Shown: piece by piece, positions 14,340-27,144 of the stretch
Layout of the letters: every line of letters starts with the position of its first letter
Position numbering within the stretch: the stretch's first letter is position 1
Origin: Eledone cirrhosa
Taxonomy: Eukaryota
Assembly (NCBI GenBank): GCA_964016885.1
Contig: OZ024745.1
Coordinates: 12,958,001-13,022,000 of the forward strand
Direction of reading: 5' to 3'
Length of the DNA stretch: 64,000 bases
Translations under genes and position numbers: made by a program
Notes under the pieces: model-generated
What the model was told of the DNA's origin: nothing
What the model saw: only the letters and a program-made list of their open reading frames with translations
Database searches by the model: none

Positions 14340-14600
14340 GTGGACAAAAGCTCATCAGGCTTTCCCCGGTTTTCGTGGCGTGAAGTGACTGAGAGTACAA
14401 GACTTCCTCCTGGACAGGACACCAGTTCATCGCAGGGTCAAACTCAGTGCTATTGTTGGTACTCATTTTCAGCTTAGTGGACTGGAGCAATGTGAAATGA
14501 AGTGTTTTGCTTAAGAACACAACACGCAACCCAGTAATCGAACCGACGACATTATGATCATAGGTCCAACACCCTTACCAATAGGCCACACACCTCCACA
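14340..14600 (-). mobile_element. SINE family B copy
   Basis: Minus strand TGGCCTATTGGTAAGG...GGTTCGATTAC...CACATTGCTCCAGTCCACTAAGCTGAAAATGAGTACC...GCGATGAACTGGTGTCCTGTCCAGG. Confidence 0.8.
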
Positions 14601-14692
14601 GATGCACAAGAGAACAACAAACGTTAATAAGTCATGTTTTCTTTTGGTTTTTTTTCCAAAAGTGATTCCACGAGAAAACTACAGTATAGGTT

Positions 14693-15177
14693 ATTGTAAT
14701 GACAGCAGTTCTCACTCAATATTGTAATGACAGCAGTTCTCACTCAATGCTGTAATGACAACAGTTCTCACTCAATGTTGTAATGACAGCAGTTCTCACT
14801 TAATACTGTAATGACAGCAGTTCTCACTCAATATTGTAATGACAGCAGTTCTCACTCAATACTGTAATGACAACAGTTCTCACTCAATGTTGTCATGACA
14901 GCAGTTCTCACTTAATGCTGTAATGACAGCAGTTCTCACTCAATATTGTAATGACAGCAGTTCTCACTCAATATTGTAATGACAGCAGTTCTCACTCAAT
15001 GCTGTAATGACAACAGTGCTCACTCAATGTTGTAATGACAGCAGTTCTCACTCAATGCTGTAATGACAGCAGTTCTCACTCAATGCTGTAATGACAGCAG
15101 TTCTCACTCAATATTGTAATGACAGCAGTTCTCACTCAATGTTGTAATGACAGTAGTTCTCACTCAATGTTGTAATG
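14693..15177. repeat. 28-bp minisatellite (~17 copies)
   Basis: Unit TGTAATGACAGCAGTTCTCACTCAAT(GC/AT/GT). Confidence 0.95.
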
Positions 15178-16118
15178 TGGCACCTCTACGAGTCCACAGG
15201 GAGCTACAGAGCAATAATACATGTAAGAGTTTCACGGTATCTCTGATATTCCCACGGTCAACAAAAGTTGACATTCCTGGCCTACAAAAAGCAACAAGGT
15301 TCTTGCTTACCCTGAATCTAACTCCAGTACCCGCATGTGCGAACCACGCGTTGTGGAATGGTTTCTCTAGGGTGTCTCCCTCACCATCCCCCGGTGCAAT
15401 GTTTTCTCTACCCTGTCTACCAGACCACGAGGCCGACTTAAACATTATTTTATATTATACAATCTCCCCATTGCCATAGGTGAGGTCACCCTAGCTCCAT
15501 ATTTTCATGCTGTGTAACTGAGGCTCCCCTGTCCCATAATGTGCCACCCTCGCTTCAAAGTACCATACCTTCTTACACTATCTCCCCATTACCATAGGGG
15601 TGTTGCCCTAGCTCCATATTTCCATTCTGTGTCACTGAGGCTCCCAACACTAAGTCACAACAGTGTGGCACCCTAGCTCCACAGTGTCATAGTGCGGCAC
15701 CCTAGCTCCACAGTGCCATAGTGCGGCATCCTAGCTTCAAAGTGCCATATTTTACCACCCTATGTTCCCAGTGCCATACTGTCCCTAAACAGGTTGTTAA
15801 GGTGATGACGATGCTGTTGATGGTGATGATGATGTTGATGGTGATGATGATGATTATGATGATGAGATTGACGAAGATGATGACAATTATTTACTCACCA
15901 GTTCATTCTCTTTTGGAGACACATACACTGACAGAGACATAGGTTTTTACACCAGCCCCTTCCTTCTTTTTACACTCATACATTCACACATACACACACT
16001 TACATTCATACATTCGCACACACACGTGCACACACTTACACACATATTTACACACACACACACACATTTAGACACATTTACACACACAGACACACTTACA
16101 CACACACGGACTAACCCA

Positions 16119-19100
16119 GAGACAGACACAGGGACTGACACAGGGACAGACACAGGGACAGACACAGGGACAGACACAGGGACAGACACAGGGACAGACA
16201 CAGGGACAGACACAGAGACTGACACAGGGACAGACACAGGGACAGACACAGGGACAGACACAGGGACTGACACAGGGACAGACACTGGGACTGACACAGG
16301 GACAGACACAGGGACTGACACAGGGACTGACACAGGGACAGACACAGCGACAGACACACGGACTGACACAGAGTCTGACACAGGGACAGACGCAGGGACA
16401 GACACAGGGTCTGACACAGGGACTGACACAGGGACAGACACAGGGACAGACACAGGGTCTGAAACAGGGACAGACACAGGGACTGACACAGGGACAGACA
16501 CAGGGACAGACACAGGGACTGACACAGGGACAGACACAAGGACAGCCACAGGGACAGACACAGGGACTGACACAGGGACAGACACAGGGACAGCCACAGG
16601 GACAGACACAGGGTCTGACACAGGGACAGACACAGGGACTGACACAGGGACAGACACAGCGACAGACACAGGGACTGACACAGGGACAGACACAGGGACA
16701 GACACAGGGACTGACACAGGGACAGACACAGCGACAGACACAGGGACTGACACAGGGTCTGACACAGGGTTAAAAACAGGTACAGACACAGGGACTGACA
16801 CAGGGACAGACACAGGGACTGACACAGGGACAGACACAGGGAACAGACATAGGGACTGACACAGGGACTGACACAGGGTCTGACACAGGGACAGACACAG
16901 GGACTGACACAGGGACAGACACAGGGACTGACACAGGAACTGACACAGGGAGAGACACAGGGACTGACACAGGGTCTGACACAGGGACAGACACAGGGAG
17001 AGACACAGGGACTGACACAGGGTCTGACACAGGGACAGACACAGGGACAGACACAGGGACAGACACAGGGACAGACACAGGGACTGACACAGGGACTGAC
17101 ACAGGGAGAGACACAGGGACTGACACAGGGTCTGACACAGGGACAGACACAGGGAGAGACACAGGGACTGACACAGGGTCTGACACAGGGACAGACACAG
17201 GGACAGACACAGGGACAGACACAGGGTCTGACACAGACACAGACACAGGGACTGACACAGGGTCTGACACAGGGACAGACACAGGGAGAGACACAGGGAC
17301 TGACACAGGGTCTGACACAGGGACAGCCACAGGGACAGATACAGGGACAGACACAGAGACAGACACAGGGACAGACACAGGGACTGACACAGGGACAGAC
17401 ACAGGGACTGACACAGGGTCTGACACAGGGACAGACACAGGGAGAGACACAGGGACTGACACAGGGTCTGACACAGGGACAGACGCAGGGACAGACACAG
17501 GGACAGACACAGGGTCTGACACAGGGACAGACACAGGGACTGACACAGGGACAGACACAGGGACTGACACAGGGTCTGACACAGGGATAGACACAGGGAG
17601 AGATACAGGGACTGACACAGGGTCTGACACAGGGACAGCCACAGGGACAGACACAGGGACAGACACAGAGACAGACACAGGGACAGACACAGGGACTGAC
17701 ACAGGGACAGACACAGCGACAGACACAGGGACTAACACAGGGACAGACACAGGGACAGACACAGGGACTGACACAGGGACTGACACAGGGACTGACACAG
17801 GGAGAGACACAGGGACTGACACAGGGACTGACACAGGGAGAGACACAGGGACTGACACAGGGACAGACACAGGGACAGACACAGGGACAGACACAGGGTC
17901 TGACACAGGGTCTGACACAGGGACAGACACAGGGAGAGACACAGGGACTGACACAGGGACAGACACAGGGACAGACACAGGGTTTGACACAGGGTCAGAC
18001 ACAGGGAGAGACACAGGGACAGACACAGGGACTGACACAGGGACTGACACAGGGAACAGACACAGGGTCTGACACAGGGAGAGACACAGGGACAGACACA
18101 GGGACAGACACAGGGTCTGACACAGGGACTGACACAGGGAACAGACATAGGCACTGACACAGGGACTGACACAGGGAGAGACACAGGGACTGACACAGGG
18201 ACAGACACAGGGACAGACACAGGGAATGACACAGGGACAGACACAGCGACAGACACAGGGACTGACACAGGGTCTGACACAGGGTCTGACACAGGGACAG
18301 ACACAGGGAGAGACACAGGGACTGACACAGGGACAGACACAGGGACAGACACAGGGTTTGACACAGGGTCAGACACAGGGAGAGACACAGGGACAGACAC
18401 AGGGACTGACACAGGGACTGACACAGGGAACAGACACAGGGTCTGACACAAGGAGAGACACAGGGACAGACACAGGGACAGACACAGGGTCTGACACAGG
18501 GACTGACACAGGGAACAGACATAGGCACTGACACAGGGACTGACACAGGGAGAGACACAGGGACTGACACAGGGACAGACACAGGGACAGACACAGGGAA
18601 TGACACAGGGACAGACACAGCGACAGACACAGGGACTGACACAGGGACTGACACAGGGTTAGAAACAGGGACTGACACAGGGACTGACACAGGGAGAGAC
18701 ACAGGGAGAGACACAGGGACTGACACAGGGAGAGACACAGAGTCTGACACAGGGACTGACACAGGGAGAGACACAGGGACTGACACAGGGTCTGACACAG
18801 GGACAGACACAGGGACAGACACAGGGTCTGACACAGGGTCTGACACAGGAACTGACACAGGGACAGACACAGACACAGACACAGGGAGAGACACAGGGAC
18901 TGACACAGGGAACAGACACAGGGACAGACACAGGTAGAGACACAGGGACAGACATAGGGACAGACAGAGGGACAGACACAGGGTCTGACACAGGGAGAGT
19001 CACAGGGACAGACACAGGTAGAGACACAGGGACTGACAGAGGGACAGACACAGGGACAGACACAGGGTCTGACACAGGGAGAGTCACAGGGACAAACACA

Positions 19101-19725
19101 GGGACTGACACAGGGACTGACACAGGGAACAGACATAGGGACTGACACAGGGACTGACACAGGGAGAGACACAGGGTCTGACACAGGGACTGACACAGGG
19201 ACAGACACAGGGACAGACACAGGGTCTGACACAGGGAGAGACACAGGGACAGACACAGGTAGAGACACAGGGACAGACAGAGGGACAGACACAGGGACAG
19301 ACACAGGGTCTGACACAGGGAGAGTCACAGGGACAAACACAGGGACTGACACAGGGACTGACACAGGGACGGACACAGGGAACAGACATAGGGACTGACA
19401 CAGGGACTGACACTGGGAGAGACACAGGGTCTGACACAGGGACTGACACAGGGACAGACACAGGGTCTGACACAGGGACAGACACAGGGACAGACACAGG
19501 GACAGACACAGGGTCTGACACAGGGACTGACACAGGGACAGACACAGGGACAGACACAGGGACAGACACAGGGACTGACACAGGGACAGACACAGGGACT
19601 GACACAGGGACAGACACAGGGACTGACACAGGGACTGACACAGGGACAGACACAGGGACAGACACAGGGACAGACACAGGGACTGACACAGGGACAGACA
19701 CAGGGACTGACACAGGGTCAGACAC
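16119..19725. repeat. 12-bp minisatellite, ~3.6 kb, with higher-order block duplications
   Basis: Unit GACACAGGGA(CA/CT) with variants GGTCT and GGAGA; source of the SVPV/DTGT ORFs. Confidence 0.97.
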
Positions 19726-19754
19726 CCGGTCGATTCCACTTTTATTTATATAGA
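19726..19754 (-). mobile_element. Helitron-like 5' terminus abutting the 12-bp array
   Basis: Minus strand A|TCTATATAAATAAAAGTGGAATCGACC followed directly by TGTC-rich repeats, the same layout as the terminus at 22823. Confidence 0.6.
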
Positions 19755-20794
19755 TTGAAAAATAAACTTGTCCCTGACCTACTTTAATGTCCCTGACATA
19801 CTTTAATAGATCTTACGCAAAAAAGACTCTAAACTTATTTGAATGTCTTTGAGAGCATTATTATGCCATTAATTTGAAGCAAAGTTTTAACATCAATTAC
19901 TGCCATAGTATTTGAAGCGAGGCTACAAATGATGTCAATCGGTATAATTGGACAATTCTTTACGTCAAAAATGAAACAGTTTTCTTAGTGAAACTAAAGT
20001 TCTTGCTCGAAATATTGGAAACTCAAATGTATTTTCTAACAAGAGATAAAAGAAGATGGAACACGTGATAGAGAAGTGTATTCTACCAGCGAAGATTTAA
20101 TGTACCAGTATTGGACGCCATATTGTCATTTCAAATGTTTCAAGGTAATTCAATGCTGCAATGTTTGGAGTCATTTGGAAATATTCCGAAATAGGAATTG
20201 ATCAGATTCACCTCAATGTTAATCAATTGTGTGAAATATATAATATCGATATATCAATTGATATGAAAGATGAAATATTTTATTTTAAATCGATACACGA
20301 ATCAAATATTTTACCAACCTCAATTCCACCAATTGAATTATTAAATAAACTTACTGAGCTGTATCTTACTATTCCCAAATGTAATTCCAGCACTTGGAAT
20401 ATTCTTTACTGTCTAGAATTTACAGTTAAACAGACTGAAAGATATTGTAGTGCTTTAGCAGAATGGCCCGGCGTTGCTCGGGATTTGCTCTAGGGTTCTT
20501 ATATATTTGATATATATTTATCCTTCTCGAGTCTCGTGAAGTAAATACGTTTGTTTATATTTTGTTATTGTCTATGCAAAAATATCTGTACACGAATATA
20601 TAAATAACAGTACAGAGAAGTACGGAATACCTCGGCCTCGGGTTGGTGTCTACATTTTGTGCTTATAAAAAAAATTCGTCGTAGATTACCAGGGTTTTTT
20701 CCCGTTCGAAGAAAATCAATACTTTATCGCGAAATAAATACTTTTATTTATGTGTATGCAAAAATATCTGTAAACGAATATATAATTATATATA

Positions 20795-20862
<68 letters not shown>

Positions 20863-20883
20863 TATTTTTATAAATATATGTTA

Positions 20884-20919
<36 letters not shown>

Positions 20920-20985
20920 GAAGAGAGAAGAAACATTTAGATATAATTAGTAATAAAATGTATCATACCTAAACTGCTCCTAGAT

Positions 20986-21075
20986 TCCTCGACTACGTAG
21001 TTTCGTGGCATAAACAAAAACAATACATCATAAAGATATAGAGTCCTTGCGAGGTCTGCCGACTTATCAAGAGGA
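20986..21075 (-). ncRNA. Type I hammerhead ribozyme (U3-A8 variant), copy 1
   Basis: Exact reverse complement of 21850-21939. Confidence 0.75.
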
Positions 21076-21849
21076 TACCTCATTTTACTAGTCTCAAGAA
21101 CGCGTCTACACGACGTGAGAAAGAATCCCAAAAGGTGGAGGGGGAGATAGTCACGCGATATAACGGTCGAGAAACAGAGCTAAGCCTCTTATAACCCCGA
21201 AGAAAATACCACGGAGGCGGAGGGGGTATTTATATCGAAGCCGTAGAAGAGGTGGTGAAGGGGGCGAGAAGTATGAGTAATGGAAGCTTTCCAGCAGTCC
21301 CCACACTTCAAAGATTGCTCGACCAGAGGGAGTTATTAACAATATATTTAGAAACACACAGATACATGCGGACACACACATATACATGAATGCATCCGCA
21401 CCCAACCGTGAGTTAAGGGTGCCAACTTCACCGATGTTGCTCAATGAATGACTGGGACAGACCAATCCGGTTGAACTAGACTGAACCAGTATCAGAGTTA
21501 AAAATACATTATGAAGAGAGAAGAAACATTTAGATATAATTAGTATGTGTGTGTCCGCATGTATCTGTGTGTTTCTAAATATATTGTTAATAACTCCCTC
21601 TGGTCGAGCAATCTTTGAAGTGTGGGGACTGCTGGAAAGCTTCCATTACTCATACTTCTCCCTCCTTCACCACCTCTTCTACGGCTTCGATATAAATACC
21701 CCCTCCGCCTCCGTGGTATTTTCTTCGGGGTTATAAGAGGCTTAGCTCTGTTTCTCGACCGTTATATCGCGTGACTATCTCCCCCTCCGCCTTTTGGGAT
21801 TCTTTCTCACGTCGTGTAGACGCGTTCTTGAGACTAGTAAAATGAGGTA

Positions 21850-21939
21850 TCCTCTTGATAAGTCGGCAGACCTCGCAAGGACTCTATATCTTTATGATGT
21901 ATTGTTTTTGTTTATGCCACGAAACTACGTAGTCGAGGA
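21850..21939 (+). ncRNA. Type I hammerhead ribozyme (U3-A8 variant), copy 2
   Basis: Stem I TCCTC/GAGGA; core TTGATAA (21855-21861); stem II GT(C)GGCA/TGCCAC; GAAA (21921-21924); palindromic stem III CTACGTAG; GTC triplet with predicted cut after 21934. Confidence 0.75.
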
Positions 21940-22167
21940 ATCTAGGAGCAGTTTAGGTATGATACATTTTATTACTAATTATATCTAAATGTTTCTTCTC
22001 TCTTCATAATGTATTTTTAACTCTGATACTGGTTCAGTCTAGTTCAACCGGATTGGTCTGTCCCAGTCATTCATTGAGCAACATCGGTGAAATTGGCACC
22101 CTTAACTCACGGTTGGGTGCGGATGCATTCATGTATATGTGTGTGTCCGCATGTATCTGTGTGTTTC

Positions 22168-22221
<54 letters not shown>

Positions 22222-22378
22222 TAACAGATTAAAGTTTAAGCAAAGAATCGCTGCTTTCACCCTTAACGGGATCTTCTGAAACTAAAGTAGTAAATCTGTG
22301 AACGCAGAAGTAAATATTTCGAAAAACGTTACACACTATATATATATATACACACGCTATATATACATACAGACACAC

Positions 22379-22500
<122 letters not shown>

Positions 22501-23273
22501 TCACTCACTCACTCACTCACACACACACACAGCGTCATAATGACGTAGTGCAGACAGCCAGTCATATAGACAACTATTATAAGGGCGCAACGTAATATCT
22601 ATCTAAAAAGAGAAAGACTAAGAGAGAGAGAAAGAGATCGCTAAATCGCCTCGTGCGGTCCCTAGGGCATTGAAAATTTGAAAAAGATTTTGCTCAGAAC
22701 ACGCAACAGGACCATAAGTAGTACATGTGTAAAATTTGAATACAATCGGTTGGGTGGTTCTCGAGTTTTAGGGATTGTACAGACAGACAGACAAACAGAC
22801 ATTCTCTGTTTTAGTAATATAGATTAAAAGATGTCATGAGAGCCACGATGTCCCAACCAATCTGGCGATCATAACGGTCGAATCATCTGTTGCAGGTCAG
22901 CTTCATTATCTCCCTGAAATGAATGTCTTTGTTAAAAAGTATTGAGAAAATTTAACATTTGAAATGTAGTCGTCCCAATGGAAGTGACCAGAGAATAGTC
23001 AATCACTATAAATGCTATTTGATAAAACGTTTCCTAAATTAAACGTTTTGTTTATAGTTCTAGTTACAGGCTTAAAATCTTAAAACAAGACAGAATTGCT
23101 GACCAAACTGGTTCGTTGACAGTTTATAACTCAATTTTGAAAAGACATAAAACAAAGTTCAAATAGAAAATAACAAATTCCCTGAAAAAGAAACAACATA
23201 TTTGCCTGAAGTGTTGACGGTCTATTACAGCAGACTATACATGTGGTTAAATACACGACTACCCATTTACAGC

Positions 23274-23349
<76 letters not shown>

Positions 23350-24444
23350 CGTGTATGTGTGTGTTATATACCCAATTTTCTTGAACTGTATTATAATTAT
23401 TATATTTTATAATATCCAGTGCATTACTAATAAAGTACCAGTGCATTACTAATAAAGTGCATTACTAATAAAGTACCAGTAATGCACTGGGTAATTGCTG
23501 GCTTTGTGCCTAAAGTAGAAACAATTATATTTTATAATATCCTTTGCAAAAAGCACGCCCTTTATATATATATATATTTAACGAAGGGTAAAAGCGAGAA
23601 GTAGAGAAAGTAAAAGGAAGTATTTGTTAGATGAGAAAACACGGTTATTAGATGAAATAACAAGAATAATAAGAATAAATGATTTGGTTTATATATGGTT
23701 TACTTCACGTGAATCAATTAAGAAGTACAATAAAACAGTTACCAAAAGTTGAGAAGTTTGACGTTGTCGTCGTGAGTCTGAGACCATAGTGAGTGAGAAA
23801 GAGTAATGGTTTGTATATGGTTGTAGACCACTGTGGCTTGTAGATAGCGGAATATCTTTCACATAGCGGGTCTGTAGTAGTAGGGCTCTGATCTCTCTGT
23901 ATCTCTGTAGACCACTGGGGTCTGTTGATAGTGGTGAATCTTTACATAGCTTGTTCTGTAGAGTAATAACATACGTTTAAATAGCTTGACAAATCGAACA
24001 TTGTGGTAGGCGAAACTAACACAATATATACCAAAGTAACGATAGAACTAATCAGGTTGAGAAAAGTACACCTGGACAAATCAAACGAATATATATATAT
24101 ACCTGTATAGTATCCGTAAAAATATTTAATTACATAATTCCTTGATTACAATATATGTGAAGACGCTTGAATCTGCACGTGTTCCTTTTTCTGTCAGTGT
24201 CACTGTCAACCTTGACTTTTATCTGTGTCCTTGTATTACTGTGTATATATCTAAAAATAGTTATTTCAAAGAATCCTTGTTCTTTAAAATCCTTTGGCCA
24301 ATGACCTCCCCTCATCCCCCAAATCACCACCTTCCCCTCCCACCAGAGAACATACAACAGTTTTACAAGTAGAGTCAGCTTTACAGATGATTTCTTTTGA
24401 ATGAAACAGGTTTAATCCTGTAAAAGCCTATTAAACATTATATA

Positions 24445-25605
24445 TACAGGCTGTCCATAATTTACAATTTACAATTTTAAAAAATTATTACAAAAGCAAA
24501 TGAAAATAAAATATGTGAAAATTGTTATAAAATGAGGAGAAAGTTTTTTATAACTAATTTAATTGTTTCTACTTTTGGCACAAGGCCAGCAATTAACCCA
24601 GTGTATTACTGGTACTTTATTTTATCGACCCCGAAAGGATGAAAGGCAAAGTTAACCTCGGCGGGATTTGAACTCAGAATGGCAAGGACCGTAACTCTAT
24701 GCGTCAAAGCATGGCGTCCGACCCTCTACTGGTACTGCCAATTTTATAACTAATTTAATACACCTCTTTATGGGCAGCATTAGTTGCACGAAGCACATCA
24801 AGATGGTACTAGATTTCTTGCCATGTTTACTGTAGCATGGCCTCATCAATGGAGGCAATAGCACCAGTGATCTTTTGCTTTAGATCAGTGATGTCTCATA
24901 TCTTTGATACACGATATCTTTTACATAACTCCATAGAAAGAAGTCCAGCGGTGTGATATCTGGTGAACGAGGTGGCCAAGGAATTGGGCCATCCCTTCCA
25001 ATCCACCGGTCTGTAAATGTTTGATTTAGGAACCCACGAACGTACAGTCCCCAATGTGGTGGTGCAGCATCTTGCTGGCAAATGATGGTTGGTTGAAGGT
25101 CATCTAGTTGTGCCACATATTCAGTCAAAAGGTCAAGGTAAACATTTGCAGTAATTGATGTCTCTTGACGAAATAGGGACCAACTTTTCGATTGCACATA
25201 ATCCCAGACCACACATTCACCTTTGGACTCGGTGAAGTTCCCTAGTCACGTGGAGGTGTTCTGATCCCCAGATTCTCACATTGTGTGTGTTCAGTTTTCC
25301 TGAAACATGAAAGCTTGCCTCATCACTAAAACATCTTCAGAAATTCGTTCCAGCCTGTCAACTGCAAACTCTTTTCGTCTTGGTTTATCATTTGGCTCGA
25401 GTGCCTGTAAGGGTTGCACTTTGTAAGTATCGCAAGGTGTAGGAGTTTTTGTATTGTTGAACGTGGCATCTGTAACTGTCTGGCAGCAGTACGGATGGAT
25501 TTTGTAGGAGAACGCTGAAAGGCTTGTCTTACACGATAGATATTTTCCTCAGATGTTCTTGGTCGTCAACTCCTCTCTTTATCTGGCACTGTCCCTGTTG
25601 TAATC
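24445..25605 (-). mobile_element. Tc1/mariner-superfamily transposon remnant
   Basis: ORF 24880-25212 has QQDAAPPHW...RWIGRDGPIPWPPRSPDITPLDFFLWSYVKDIVY; FSDEA-like motif near 25320; TA-CAGGCTGTCCATA TIR-like end at 24445. Confidence 0.9.
24562..24741 (-). mobile_element. SINE family A inserted in the transposon, with target-site duplication
   Basis: TTTTATAACTAATTTAAT at 24546-24563 and 24742-24759 flanks the SINE. Confidence 0.9.
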
Positions 25606-26109
25606 GTCACATAAATATGTATGTTTATGTATATATGGATGGTTGTATGTAGCCGTGTATATATATATATGTGTTTGTATGTAGGTATGTGTATGTATAC
25701 ATGTATGTATGTATGTGTATGTATATATGTATGTGTATGTATCTATGTATGTGTTTGTATGTAGGTGTATGTATATATACGTATGTATATGTATGTATAT
25801 ATGTGTGTATGTATGTGTATATATGTATGCGTATGTATGTATGTGTATATATGTATGTATGTGTATATATGTATGTGTGTATGCATGTACGTGTATGTAT
25901 GTATGTGTATATATGTATGTATGTATGTGTATATATATGTATGTGTGTATGTATGTATTGGTATGAAGTAAGTATGGTCCCTTAATTTCTGATGGAGTCG
26001 TACGGTGAGTCTTAACACTTTAAACCTGATGGAGTCCATTTCCTCTCCAGTTCTAAACACAGTCGATTTCTGGGAAGGATAGAGAGAGTGAGAGAGATAG
26101 AGAGAGTAA

Positions 26110-26270
26110 GAATTGACCCCAGTACTAAACTTTTTAGTACATTTTTATCGCCCCCGAATGGATGAAAGGCAAAGTTAACCTCAGCGAGATTTGAACTCAG
26201 AGAGAAGAGAGTTGAAACAAATACGACAAGGTAGCCGACGTTCTAACAACTCCACCAATTCCCACCTTCA
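26110..26270 (-). mobile_element. Diverged SINE family A copy
   Basis: TTTATCGCCCCCGAATGGATGAAAGGCAAAGTTAACCTCAGCGAGATTTGAACTCAG. Confidence 0.7.
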
Positions 26271-26792
26271 GATATAATAAATTGAAACAAGAAAAAATTT
26301 CAACAGCCAAAAAGTTTAAACCTCAATCTAACGAGAACATCCTTCCCTTCTCATGGTATATCTGATTATGTGATCTAAGGACTCTTCTGTGTGTTACACT
26401 GACTGGCTGGGGCCATGCTGGGGCACTGCCATTAATATGTTTATGTTAAAAGAAAAAATGTTCAAGTGTAATTTTAGTGAAGTTTGGTTGTTATTTCTAG
26501 CAGGTAGGGTCAACTCCTTCGTTGACGCCTGAAGAAAAAAAAGTAAAATGTAGATGTGGCTCAGCCCCATGTTGGTTTTTATCAAAGGTCGTCTAACAAT
26601 GTCTCCGACTACAATATCCAATATGGCTGTTCTTTCTTTTTAAATAGATATTAAGTATATCAATGAAATACATAAATGATTAAATTTCTATTTAATCATT
26701 TTTTTAGCTTTATTTTTTAAGAAAGGATGTAATTTGATGTAGATTTGACTGCTATTTCTAATAGGTCGGGCTCCCTTGTGGTTTAAAACAAT

Positions 26793-26916
26793 TAATTGTT
26801 TCTACTTTTGGCACAAGGCCAGCAATTACCTAGTACATTACTGGTACTTTATTTTATCGACCTCGTAAGGATGAAAGGCAAAAAACAATTAATGAAAGTA
26901 AAATAGCTGTGAAATG
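26793..26916. repeat. Truncated SINE A plus unique ~35-bp flank, duplicated at 34853-34978 and in each tandem unit
   Basis: Shared diagnostic GTACATTAC and GACCTCGTAAGG variants followed by AAAAACAATTAATGAAAGTAAAATAGCTGTGAAATG. Confidence 0.9.
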
Positions 26917-26930
26917 GCTGGACCAACTCG

Positions 26931-27053
26931 AGTGAGGAGACGACATTTGTCTGGTGCAGCTCCAGTGCGGAGACGACATTTATCTGGTGCAGCTCCAGTG
27001 AGGAGACGACACTGGTGCAGCTCCAGTGAGGAGACGACATTTGTCTGGTGCAG
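26931..27053. repeat. 33-bp tandem repeat (~4 copies)
   Basis: GTGAGGAGACGACATTTGTCTGGTGCAGCTCCA; one copy shortened to 27 bp. Confidence 0.9.
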
Positions 27054-27131
27054 TTCAGGAAGTGAACGAAAATATCAACCCGAGAAAAACGTCACAGAAA
27101 AAAGCGATACTTTGTGTGGCTAGAAAACAAA

Positions 27132-27144
27132 ATGGTTTACCCCA
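27132..27144 (+). CDS. Possible start-codon exon of the PLP-enzyme gene (MVYP-)
   Basis: AAAATGG context, A|GTATTT donor in phase 1, matching the phase-1 acceptor at 29381; speculative. Confidence 0.25.

Larger units (their letters stand above)
20915..22176. mobile_element. Candidate retrozyme: two inverted, circularly permuted copies of a ~593-nt unit
   Basis: 20915-21545 has a ~38-bp terminal direct repeat (period 593); 21545-22176 is its reverse complement opened at a different point, with its own ~40-bp terminal repeat (period 592); flanked by (TA)n; each copy has a hammerhead fold. Confidence 0.75.

Noticed and set aside
14345-14380. CTGATGAG on the minus strand in the SINE B tail as a possible hammerhead core
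   Set aside because: No stem II-GAAA-stem III arrangement follows; appears to be ordinary SINE tail sequence
15947-19739. Long SVPV/DTGT/LCLS ORFs
   Set aside because: Translations of a 12-bp minisatellite with frequent frameshifting 13-bp variants
20937-21988. Duplicated 63-104-aa ORFs in the inverted unit
   Set aside because: Several lack an ATG start, one is frameshifted between the two copies, and none resembles a known family; the unit is better explained as structured non-coding RNA
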